Under the pieces are notes generated by a model that saw only the letters and a list, made by a program, of their open reading frames with translations, made no database searches and had not been told where the DNA came from. A stretch of DNA of 64,000 bases from Macrostomum lignano (taxonomy: Eukaryota): positions 1 through 64,000 of the forward strand of contig NIVC01003581.1 in assembly GCA_002269645.1 (NCBI GenBank), given 5' to 3'. Positions within the stretch are counted from its first letter, which is position 1. The number at the start of each line of letters is the position of its first letter. Below, piece after piece: positions 23,025 to 33,853 of this stretch. A program made the position numbers and the translations under genes.

Positions 23025-23610
23025 TTTTCTCCTGAAAGCATAAGGAAAAGGAGGGCGCTTCTGCACTTCGGCCGTGTGCGAAGAAGCTTACAGCAAACGG
23101 GGATTTGCAAAAACAGATGAAACGCGAAGTACTGTATCGCATTGAATAAATATTGACGCGTTGAATAAATATCGATAGCATTGGTTAGATGGGAAAATTC
23201 ACAGTACATGAGAACTGAGAGGTTCAGAACGCTGCTTTTAGCCGGAAAGCATAAGGAAAACAGAATTGAACAGCAGAATGAGAAAATTTGTTGCTTTTAT
23301 CCCTCAAGCATAAGGAAAATTACATTGAAATAAAATTGACGCCTGCTTTTATCCGGAAAGCATAAGGAAAATGACACTGCTTTTAACCCTGAAGCATAAG
23401 GAAAATTACATTGAAACGACGCCTGCTTTTATCCGGAAAGCATAAGGGAAATGACACTGCTTTTAACCCTGAAGCATAAGGAAAATTACATTGAAACGAC
23501 GCCTGCTTTTATCCGGAAAGCATAAGGAAATGACACTGCTTTTAACCCTGAAGCATAAGGAAAATTACATTGAAACGACGCCTGCTTTTATCCGGAAAGC
23601 ATAAGGAAAA
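23025..23610. repeat. Array of the TGCTTTTA....(G/A)AAGCATAAGGAAA motif (10 copies; ~80-bp dimeric unit) downstream of pol in element B
   Basis: GCATAAGG at ~23039, 23249, 23308, 23360, 23394, 23440, 23474, 23520, 23553 and 23599. Confidence 0.9.
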
Positions 23611-23741
23611 AAAATGACGAAACGGCAAACTTAAATGGAAAACTAAAATCGGCTTTCAGCACAGAGCAGGTGCAGAGAAAGCTTGCAGCAAAATGAGAAT
23701 TGGAACGCGTTCGCAATTACAACTACTAATAGTAATGCGCA

Positions 23742-26700
23742 TCAGAAGTTAGCAACTTGGCGCAACAGAAAACTCCATACCGGCTCCAGCTCCATACCGA
23801 TGTCAGGCAGATCCGGGTCGCCTTCAGACAGCACTTCCGGATGGCGGAGGCTCGGCTCGAACAATTGGCTGCCGCGCAGGTCAGGCTGGGCTGCGTCTGG
23901 CTGTTCGGGAGCGGGCGGATCGGCTGGGTCGACTTCGCTTTCATCGCTCGACTCGTAGGGCAACATTGGCCGCTCTGTCTGGCGCGGCGGCTCCTGCGGC
24001 CGATCTGCCATCATCTGCGGCACCTTGATGATGTTATTGCGATGAACTAGCATTTCAGCTGGGCGTCCACGTCGGGCTGTTGCAGGCTGGATCCAGTAGG
24101 CTACTTCGCCGACCCTCCTGTTGACCTTGTACATGCTTTTGTACGGCCGGTGAAAATTCGGCAGTTCGCCCAACTCGAGCTTCGGGTTGGCCAGGCAAAC
24201 CAGGTCTCCGGGCTGCAGTTCCACGGGCTTGGGTCGGTTCTCGTAGTACTCTTCACGGCGTTGGATCTCAGCTCGCAATCGCTGTCGCACAATCCTTTCA
24301 GTCTCGGCCAGTCTACGCTGATGCTTTGCGATGTACTCGGGGAGGTCCGGCGATACGTCCAGGCGGTCTAGGGTGTTATCGATCGGATACCGGTAGGGCA
24401 CTCCGTAGATGACGTAATGCGGCGAGAATCCCGTCGTACGATTGACGGCTGATCTTAGAGCTGTCAGAGCGGCTGGCAGCATCTTGTCCCACTGTTGATG
24501 ATCTTCGAGGAGACAAGTGAGCACCTTTTTGATGTTCTTGTTGCACGATTCAGCTTGACCGTTTGCCCAGGGCGAGTATGGCGGCGTCGTTGTCTGCCGG
24601 ATGCCATAGACTTCGCAGAAATGTCGAAACTCGTGCCCTGTGAACTGTTTGCCTTGGTCCGAATGGATCCACGCGGGGATTCCGGTGATCGGGAAGACTT
24701 GCTCTTGCAGGAGAGTTATTATCGTCTTGGCGCGCTGATTCTTCATGGCGAAGGCGAAGGGGTACTTTGACGTCGTGTCGACGTAGGTGAGGATGTACTT
24801 GTTGCCTCGGTCTGTCGGGTCTCCAGTGGGGCCCATGATGTCGATCGCACATCGCCCATAGATTTCGCAAACCGGAAATGATTGTACATGCGCTGGGATG
24901 CGTCGCCGTCCTTTACTCTGAGTGCAGGTCTGGCAGGAAGCGACATAGTCGGACACGGCCTTGGCCAGGGCCGGTCGCCAGAACCTCTCGCGCACCTTTG
25001 CGATGGTGAGATCTCGGCCCATGTGTCCGCAGTAGGGCGAACCATGCAGGTCGGCAAACACTGTGGCGTCGAGACTCTTCGGCAGGACGATCCTCGCATT
25101 GTCCTCCTCGCCAACATCGTCGAGATGGATGACTAATAGTCCGTCGTCTCGGACTTCCAATTGCTCATAGAATGCTAAGAGATTTCGCTCATCTCTTGTT
25201 AGATTTAATCGCTGATTCAGCGGCGGCTTCGGTTGTCGACTTTCAATTAAGTTTATCATCATCGCGATGGCGGAGTCGGCACGCTGATGGGTCTGGAGCT
25301 CCTCACGTGTGACTGGTCTCGGGATGTGATCAGTTAAGTTCAAAGTTTGGCGTCTGTTAGTCGAATTAGTCGGCGCGGCTTCGGCTGTGGCGGCATGGTT
25401 CGGGGTCTGGAGCTCCCTCCGCATAGTCGCTACTCTGGCCGGTTGCCGGGTCGATGAAGAATTTGAGGGCCGATCCTCGTCGGTCATGTCAGCGTCGGCT
25501 TCGTCAGCATTAGATTCGTCAGCAGATGAGAGTGAGTCAGCGGAACTGTCGGTATCAAGGCTGAATCTCACCTTCTTGAACACAGGACGGCGATCGGGTT
25601 GGCAGCGGTCTTCGTTGGCTGCGCTGTGGTCGCTATCCTCGTCGCCTTCAGCTAGTAGCCGGCGGCTCCTTGACGGGCAACATGTCGTGCTGCTAAAGCT
25701 GGTGGGCGACCTCTGTGAGTCCCGATAACGACTGGCAGATAGCCTCGACTTCGTCGCCGGCGGATGCAGCTCTGTCAGCGGCTTGCTGTCGGCTGTCGAT
25801 GTTGCGGGCGGCGTAGTCTCGCCGTTGGACTCAGTTGATTTCGTCGGCGGCTTTCGTCGGTGACGGCGGGTCGGTCGCTTCTTGCTCGGTGGAGGACTAG
25901 GGTGGCTGCTGTCGTGGACCTTCGGCGCCGCTGCGCCAGTTATCGCGGCTGGCTGCTTACTTTGGTCCTCGACGGCGGCCTCTCGCTGAGCCTCCTCCAA
26001 ACATTCAGCGTCGTCCTCAGGCCGTCTTGAGAGGCCGTCGGCGTTTTGGTGCTGACTTGATTTTCGATGCTGGATCTCGAACTCGAATTCGCTGAGGCGC
26101 TGTAGCCATCGTCCGAATATTCCTTCTTGTTGAGTTCGCCTTAGGATCCAGGTTAATGCGGCATGATCGGTTCGGCAGATGAACTTCTTGGCCAGCAGGT
26201 AGAGTCTGAAGTGTCGCATTCCATCTACGACTGCCAAGAGTTCCTGTTTCGTAATCGGATAACGGGCTTCGGCCGGTTTGAGTCGCCGGGAGAAATAGCC
26301 AATTGGGCGCTCGATCCCGTCGGCTTGGCGTTGGCTCAGGCAGGCTCCGATTCTGGTCGCAGAAGCATCCGTGTCCAGGATAAACATTACTTCCGGATCC
26401 TCGCTGAACTGCGGATACGCGAGCACTGATGTCGAAGTCATGGCTGCTTTGAGCTGATCAAACGCGTCTTGCTGGGCTTTTCCCCATAGACAATTGAAAT
26501 TTCTAATCTTCTTTTCCTTGATTAGGTCGTGGAGCGGAGCTGCAAGTTCTGCGTAGCCAGGTACGAATTTAGCATAGTAAGCGCACGTGCAGACAAAACT
26601 CTTAAGCTGTCGGGCTGTTCTTGGTCTTGGCCAGGTTTGAATAGCTTCGATTTTCGCCGGGTCGGTCTGATTCCATCTTTGGTTACTACGTGTCCCAGGT

Positions 26701-28414
26701 AGTTGAGGCTTGCCCGAAATAAATGGCACTTCTTGCCTTTGAACTTTAGATTAGCTTCTTGGACTCTCTTAAATACTTCTTCCATATGCCGTAGGTGGTC
26801 GTTAAATTTCTTAGAATAGACGATTACGTCATCCAGGTAGGCGATAGCACTTTTGTAGGCAATCCCGTTGAGCACAGCGTTCATGAGGCGCATGAAGCTG
26901 GCTGGAGCTGAACTTAACCCCATTGGCATAACATTGTAGGCGAACTGTCCGCGGTGCAGCGTGGCAAAGGCAGTCAGGTCTTGATCTTCCGGACGCAGAG
27001 GAATCTGATAGTAGCCGCTATTCAAATCGAATGTACTAAATAGCTGGCTTCCTTCGAGGCTGGCGAATGCTTCTTGAATATTAGGAATCGGGTACGGAAA
27101 ATACTCGCACTTTTGATTCAGACTCCGGAAATCTTGTACAATTCTTAGGCTGCCGTCCTTCTTCGGGATGATCACCAGCGGGGTGTTGTAGCTAGAGAAA
27201 CTCGGTCGAATCACGCCTTTGGCCAGCAGATCGTCGAGTAACTGGTCCACCTTGGGTAGCAGGTGCGGCGGGATCCTTCGCGTTGGGAGATGCACCGGAT
27301 CTTTGTCCTTCAGTACGATTTTGTGGGTGACCAGATGAGTTCGGCCGAGATCGTGCGGCCCCTGCGAGAAGATGGTCTGGTACTTTCTCAATAGCTCGAT
27401 GACTTGAGCGCGCTGGTCACTGGACAGATCCTCGCTGATATCGATCTCCTTAATCCAAGCATCGGGATCCTCGTCTTGGATTTGATTGACAGAGTCTTCT
27501 GATTTCGGCAGCGGGAAGAAATGTAGCTCGGGCAGTCTGATTGGTCTAGCAATCCCGACTAGGGCATTCGCTCGCACTTTGATGGCTGTAGTGCCACGGT
27601 TGATCATTTCAATAGCGCCTTCTCCATTAGCCATGGAAATCAGGGCAGGCGCGGCGTCCAAGTGCTGCACATCTTCTTCACGACGAGCCGGTTTCAGCGG
27701 CTCGATCACGGCGGGTGTACCCTGGTTTTCTTCTCGTCCTTTGGCTAATTTGATTTTAATTCGGGCAGATGATAACGGCGGCACAGTGGTGCTCTCGGCC
27801 GTGTAGATTCTGCACGTTGTAGCTTCGGTTCGCGTGTAGCGAAGCGGTGCGGCTGTGCCGTCCTTGAAAAACAGCATTCCGGCGGCGAGGTCCAGTGATG
27901 TGCTGTACTTCTCCAGGAACTCGAAGCCCAGAATGTTGTCATGCGATCCTTTCGCTAGCAGAAACTTGACTGTAGGCTCAAAATTACCAATCTTCACTTT
28001 GATAGATAGTTCTCCTGCCATCTGAATTGGCTCACCATTGTAGGTCACGATGCGCTGAAGGCAGGGCTTGATTTGGCCACGCAGGGTCGGGTCGTCAGTA
28101 CATAGGCGGTGCCAGGTGCTGAATCCTAGGACTTCACACTTGGACCCGGTATCAAGCAAGAAAGCAAAATAGCGGCCTTGAATCTCACCAGTTAAAAACG
28201 GATCTCTCCGAGGTCGCTTGGGTGCAGAATTCTGTACAGGTGCGGCGGAGGCTGTCTCAGCAGTGGCCTGCTGAGCGACTAAAGTCCTCGGCGGGGACTT
28301 CAGTACTGGCGCGGCTGCTGGATGGCGCTGCCCCCGATGGCGCGTCCAGCCGTCCCGTTTCCCGAGCTGCCGTTGCGCTGAGACGCGGTGCTGGCCGACC
28401 GCCGGTGCGGGCAC
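23742..28414 (-). pseudogene. pol: Gypsy pol polyprotein (PR-RT-RNase H-long linker-IN) with one frameshift at ~26670
   Basis: LLDTGS protease, YLDD RT, LDTDAS..ELLAVV..TDH RNase H, H..H..CQTC, AIDIMGP/HSDQG/NGQAES integrase; element C reads IKTN-AKIE across the break, which implies a 1-nt loss in B. Confidence 0.95.
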
Positions 28415-28495
28415 TCATCGGCACGATGCTCGCGATTGCACCTGTAACACATGGCATTCTGCCGTCGCAACTGGTAAGGCGGCGGCCTTGAACTC

Positions 28496-28527
<32 letters not shown>

Positions 28528-29694
28528 ACGTTGACCTCCTGCTGGCGGCGTTCTCGGCGGAGGGTTGCTGCCGTCTCGTGGTTGCTGAAGTCGATGGAAC
28601 GGTTGCTGTGGCACCATTTGCGTGCCGGGTGTCGTAAATTGGGCGCTTCCGTCGGCGCTGCGGCGAGGAGTCGAGGGTACCAGACATCTGGAGCGTTGGC
28701 CCCACGGGTCCCGCGGCTGGTGGCGAGGCTCCAATGGCTCCGGGGTGTCGTTGTCGCGCGATCCCCGTGAGTAGAATTCTCGCATCTCGTTACTCAATGT
28801 CTCCAGTAGGCGTCGCTGCTCCTGCAGAGTTTCGGCTTGTTGTTCCATCACTTCACGCAACCAGTTCTCCTCGGGCCGAGATGACTTGTCGTGTTGCACC
28901 ACAGTGGGCGTCTGACCATTGTCATCTTCGAGGACCCGGACATGTCTCGCTGCTGGCGGCGGTGCTACTCGCTGAGCCAGACTAGCTGCTGTCTCCAAGC
29001 GTAGCACGGCCCGTCTCGCTGCGGTCAGATTCTGCGGTCGCACCAGGATTAGCTGTTCTCTCGCCGACTGAGCAATCCGCACTCCCACTGTGAACTGATC
29101 AACCAGTTCAGCCTGCTTCTGAACCGGGGTAAAATGCGGAAATGCTCTATCGGCCAGAGCAATTAGTCGATCGCCATAGTCGTCAACGCTCTCGTTCTTG
29201 CCTTGCTGGCAGCTTCGGAACTGCTCCCGGTACTCCAGCGTGTCGGCCACATGCGTAAAACGTTCAGACAATCGCTGTTTGAACTCACCAAACGTTAGAT
29301 TGTCTGGCAGCTCCATCCTGACGACTGCGGGATAGGTGGTGGCGATATCCAGATTCACGAGGACCTCCGCCTTCTTGCGTCTGTCGTCTGTGATCCCGTT
29401 GAGCTCGCAACGCTCCTCCAGAGCCTGGATCCAGACGTCGAATTCCTGGTTCTGCGTATACCGCTGAATCTTGACCGGTTTCGGCGCTGGAGCTCGATCC
29501 TGCTGCTGGGGCTGCTGGTACACATGGTGATGGTGTTGCGGCTGGCCCAGGCTGGTCTGCTCCAGTCGCCGGCGCACCTCTTCGGTCACCGCGCGAATCA
29601 TCTCGTCGTAGGTCGGTCTTGTCGTTGAGTTGTCGGGGCCCGCGGCGTCGGCTGTCGCGTCCGCGGTCGTTGAATTAGTATTAGTTGAAGCCAT
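28300..29694 (-). CDS. gag: Gypsy Gag (464 aa) with poly-Q tract and CX2CX3HX4C zinc knuckle
   Basis: ATG ~50 nt after the PBS; capsid-like FDVWIQALEERC...ESVDDYGDRL..QFTVGV; CYRCNREHRADEC. Confidence 0.92.
28317..28363 (-). promoter_or_regulatory. -1 ribosomal frameshift signal between gag and pol
   Basis: G GGA AAC heptamer (28357-28363) in the gag frame, with pol in the -1 frame; GCTGGA/TCCAGC stem 6 nt downstream; conserved in element C (43906-43912). Confidence 0.8.
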
Positions 29695-29743
29695 AGTAGT
29701 GTAGCGTTTGAACGACTCGTTGAAAGGGTTTTGGCGTCTCGTT

Positions 29744-29764
29744 ATCCCACTTAGCTGACCACCA
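29744..29764 (-). promoter_or_regulatory. Imperfect tRNA-Leu(CAA/CAG)-type PBS of element B
   Basis: TGGTGGTCAGCTAAGTGGGAT, 1 nt after the LTR CA; compare canonical TGGTGTCAGAAGTGGGAT. Confidence 0.75.
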
Positions 29765-29765
29765 A

Positions 29766-30819
29766 TGAGGCAGGGGTGGAGGAGATTTTCTTGGAAATTG
29801 GGCGGTTTTGAAAATTTGCTGACACCAGTGAGCTGGGCGGATTCCTCGTTTGAATTTCCGCCGAATGTTGAGTTCGCACGAATAAAACCGGAAAAATCGC
29901 GCAGACGAATCTCAACAGGAAAATCTTTCTCCTTTTACTCCGGCTGCCGGGTTCTCAAGTCCGGGGGGAGGGTAGTCGTAATCGTAGCGAAGCGGTCGTG
30001 TAGCGGCGAGGTCGTTCAAATCGATGAAACACTGTAATTGGAGATTCCTGACTCCGTAAAATAATGCGTCGAATAGCTGAGTTTGCTACTTTCAGTAGGG
30101 TAGTTGCTGCCACCACCGTAATTTACGTATTACGGAACGGATAAGTCCCAGAGCTATCTTTGAGATGAGGACTTGGTTATTTTATGCTCCACGGGCAAAT
30201 GATTCAATAAAACGCTATGGCTTAATGTCAACGGGTAAATATAGATTAATGTATGGTTAATGGTTAACGTTATTATTATTAACTGTAAGCAGGCGAAAGT
30301 AAATAATATTATTATTGTCGACGAGGATGATGTTCGCAGGCGGTACCTGGGTGCTGAATGCGATCGGGATTTAATACAACTGGGCGCGCTGAATATTAAG
30401 TACGAAGGAAAAAACGCGGGCACAGAAGAGGAAGAGAAAGGGAGCGGGAGAAAGAGGGAGAGAGAGAGAGCAGCAATTACACCAAAAGATAAGGGGTTTA
30501 AATAGACCGCAGAAATGGTTCTCACAATGGAGCAACGGCTGGGCTAGGTGGTGGGCACGCACCATTCACAACATGGATTTTCGCAAAAGTTACCGTAATG
30601 AGCGCATTTTAACAAACCTCCAGTATGAGGGCATGCATGAACACCGCGTGGATTAAACGGTGGACAAACCCGATGGACGAAGTCCAACTCGGGGAAAGGT
30701 TGGACTCGAACCACGCTAAGGAAAAAAAAAACAGAAACGAAGCATCACGCGGACAGTCAAAATTAGTCACCGTCACAGGTCCCGTTCACTAAAATCAATA
30801 GTGGCATCCGCCTGCCACA
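29766..30819 (-). repeat. 5' LTR of element B
   Basis: Direct repeat of 20407-21459; adjacent PBS and TSD. Confidence 0.95.
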
Positions 30820-33800
30820 GTCTGAATGTCTGTCGGGAAACCAATACATGCCACAATACCACAAAGCCCTAGAGCAAGATTATTTCTATAGAGCAATAAT
30901 TGACAATTAAATATTATTGCACATCTAAATAATCACTATTCAAGCTCAGGAAAATAATATCATATTTGTATTCATGCCTTGACCTTGACAAACAAATTAG
31001 GCTAACAAATAGGGGCCTATGATATCAACCTATATATTTTTCTTATTGTATTAGCTTAGACTACTATATTGTACAGCTTTGATTTGCTACTTTCCAATTA
31101 CACAATTTATAAATGCCTTACTTTGCCATATTCAATAATTAACTAGGGCCTAGGTCTAACAATATCATATTTTTACATTTATACTTATGACAATCTACTT
31201 ATTGATATTTTTAACCTATTTTTATATATTTATTAATAACATTTGGCTTTAGGCCATTAGAGGGCTATTTTTAAATGTTACACTTAGAGAAATAGTGGCT
31301 ATGGGTATGCAAACTTATAGAAATGGTGGCTGCCCTTAATAAGGACTAGGTAGATATATTGGCCATGTCTGTATAATATAATGGCTGTGTCAATGAAGCC
31401 TGCATAATGCTACTAGCTGTGTCATTAATATTAAATGGGTTTATACTTATAGAAAAAAGGTAAGTGTCCCCTAGGTTTTTTGTAAGGTTAGAAATTCAGT
31501 TGCTATTTTGCCTTTAAGGCTCAAAATTTAGTTGCCAATGGCTATTTTTAGTTTGCCCATTGGCAACTAGGGCCCTAGCAGAATTCTTGAGGATGGATAT
31601 TTCCAAGGCTTTTTAAACATATATGCACTGTATGACTATAGGAATGAGTCTGTGACGTCTGTCTAAGAATTGCACTTATGATTGACATAGTCAATTTTTG
31701 CAACTTAGTATTTGCCACAACTTAGATCCATAGGACACTTTTATTTCAGTTACAATCATTTTTTCAAATTGGCAACTAGCATAAGGAAAATAAAGTTGTT
31801 AGAATTGTTTTTGATGCCAAAAATACAGTTGCCAATGAGATTTTCTGGGGGCCAAAAACCCCATATGGCCCAAAAAATGGTGTAGGACCAAGACTGTTTG
31901 CCACACACTAAGACTGCCATACTCAGGGAGCTAGGGGGAAGGAATTTGGCTTGCCATGTTATTGGATAGTGCTGAAGAAGGGTGAGACAAGGAGAGCCAG
32001 CAGGACAAGGCCGCGAGAGAAAACAGTAAGCAGGCCAAGTGGGTGAGTGAGCCAGGCTTCTCATTTTTTAAATTCATTTTTTACTTTTTAAATAACTATA
32101 TAATTTAATTTTTAAATAATTGTTTAAATCATTTTTTTAAATAACTATAAGATATTGTTAAAATTACTCTAGTTGACTTGCAATCATTTTGGGCCATTTA
32201 TTTATCTTATTAATGACCAATCTTGGGATGCTTTCTCCTCATCTAATTCCATAACCCATCACAACCAATAACAATACTGGAAGATTAGTAGCTCCCCCTT
32301 AATTCCAGTAGCCAATAAGAGCTATAGCAGTCTTGGTATATGGTGGTCTTGGTTGTGCACCTACAAAATATACCCAGAGTGTCTCTAATCTAGAATCTAT
32401 TTAACACTAGGTCCTGCTTAAAACATGCAATATATATGCTTATAAAACTCAATATTAAAAAATATGAAAATTATTTGTAGACCCTGTATAATTAATTCCA
32501 TGGTATATTGGCAAAAGCTAAAGAATAATACTTATCCTACTCATACTCATCTTGATATATAAATTAATAACATCAAAACTTTCAACTAATATCAAATAGT
32601 AAAATAATATGATATCAGTTATATCTTAAGATTATTTAGGCCTAACCTATAAAAGTCTATGACAATTTATAATAATACAGGTAACTAATACAGTCCAATG
32701 CTAGGGCCTAGTAATATGTAATAATACTGTAATGTTTCTTAAATTATAGTAGAGGCCTCTCTTGCCACAGTTAGTACATGTAGCCTATCTAACTTTTCAA
32801 CTTCTTTTTCTAATGTGGCAGAGTAAATATATGCCTGGGTGCTCTGGCTCATTCAAAGTTACCTCAAATAATCAATAGGGGTCGTTGCTGATATAAAAAT
32901 ACGGAGCGCAACTGCTTTTGTAATCTCGCAAATAAATTGTTTAGAAAACATTTTTCAAAATGAGTTAAAACAAATGGACAATACTTCTCCAGGTTTTTTA
33001 AAGCGAAAATTGACTTTAAAATAATTTTAGTACACCAATTTTATTATTAAAATTTTTTTAATTACTCTTAGTTTTAAACGTTTACTTAAATTTTACCTAG
33101 TGGCTTATTAGTGGAAAAATTTCTTCAGCCACTCAATTGCCGACAATATGCACTTCCACTTTCAAAGGGCAAAATTTGAAAGAAATTACTAGAGTTTTAG
33201 TTTTTCATTACTTTTCATTTAATTCAAATAATTTTTGTGACTTTTCACTTCCGCTTGAGTACTGACATGCCACTTTCGGTCCTCTAGCGGCATGCTAGCG
33301 GCTTTCCCAGTGGGTATATAGACAAAAATATGCAACGAGTGGTCCAAAGGGGTCAAACACTGGTGGCAAAGGGTGGTCACGTAGACCAAGCAAAGAACAG
33401 ACAGAAAATAACGCAGAAAATAAGGAGATAAACAAGGTTTCCAATAGAGGGACGCAAAAGACCAGAGAAAGGAATGGAAAAACCAACGCAAGAACAGGGA
33501 AAAGACGAAACAAACCAGCCACTGGGGCACAAGGTGGGCACACAGGACCAAAACTGGGGACAGTGGGGAATGGGTCAAGGGTGGTTTATTAAGTCACGAA
33601 AAAAATTAAATTTCAAAATTAACATATTAATGTTCATTAGATTGTCAGTGGCAGCCCCTAACTGCCACACTACTTACTAAAATCGAGGCCTATTGCATAT
33701 ATTTAACAAATAACAATATTCACATTATAGATAGAATAGTAGAAATAGGCCTACTAGATGCTAATTAGGCCTAATCTCAAATATCAATTGAATCTCAATT

Positions 33801-33853
33801 ATCTTGAAAATATTTTTTTTGTTTTAAAATATAATATTGTCCAACCCTTAAAC

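Larger units (their letters stand above)
20407..30819 (-). mobile_element. Near full-length Ty3/Gypsy LTR retrotransposon (element B, 10.4 kb)
   Basis: Two ~1053-bp LTRs, 4-bp TSD GTCT (20403-20406, 30820-30823), PBS, gag, pol in PR-RT-RH-IN order; inserted into the MULE right TIR. Confidence 0.97.
15091..30849 (-). mobile_element. Mutator-superfamily (Rehavkus/FB-NOF-like) DNA transposon, interrupted by Gypsy B
   Basis: TIRs ATGTATTGGTTTCCCGACAGAC... matching over ~320 bp (15091-15411 vs 20085-20406 plus 30824-30849); 9-bp TSD GCCACAATA (15082-15090, 30850-30858); tandem repeats in TIRs; MULE transposase plus Ulp1-like start. Confidence 0.85.

Noticed and set aside
23025-23610. Hammerhead or other known self-cleaving ribozyme in the motif array
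   Set aside because: No CUGAUGA/GAAA core or other ribozyme consensus seen on either strand
29744-30120. Tf1-type self-priming
   Set aside because: The LTR copies of the PBS word are in the same sense as the PBS, not complementary to it
30860-33850. AT-rich region with short ORFs and purine-rich patches
   Set aside because: No domain, TIR/TSD pair or consistent exon structure identifiable by eye
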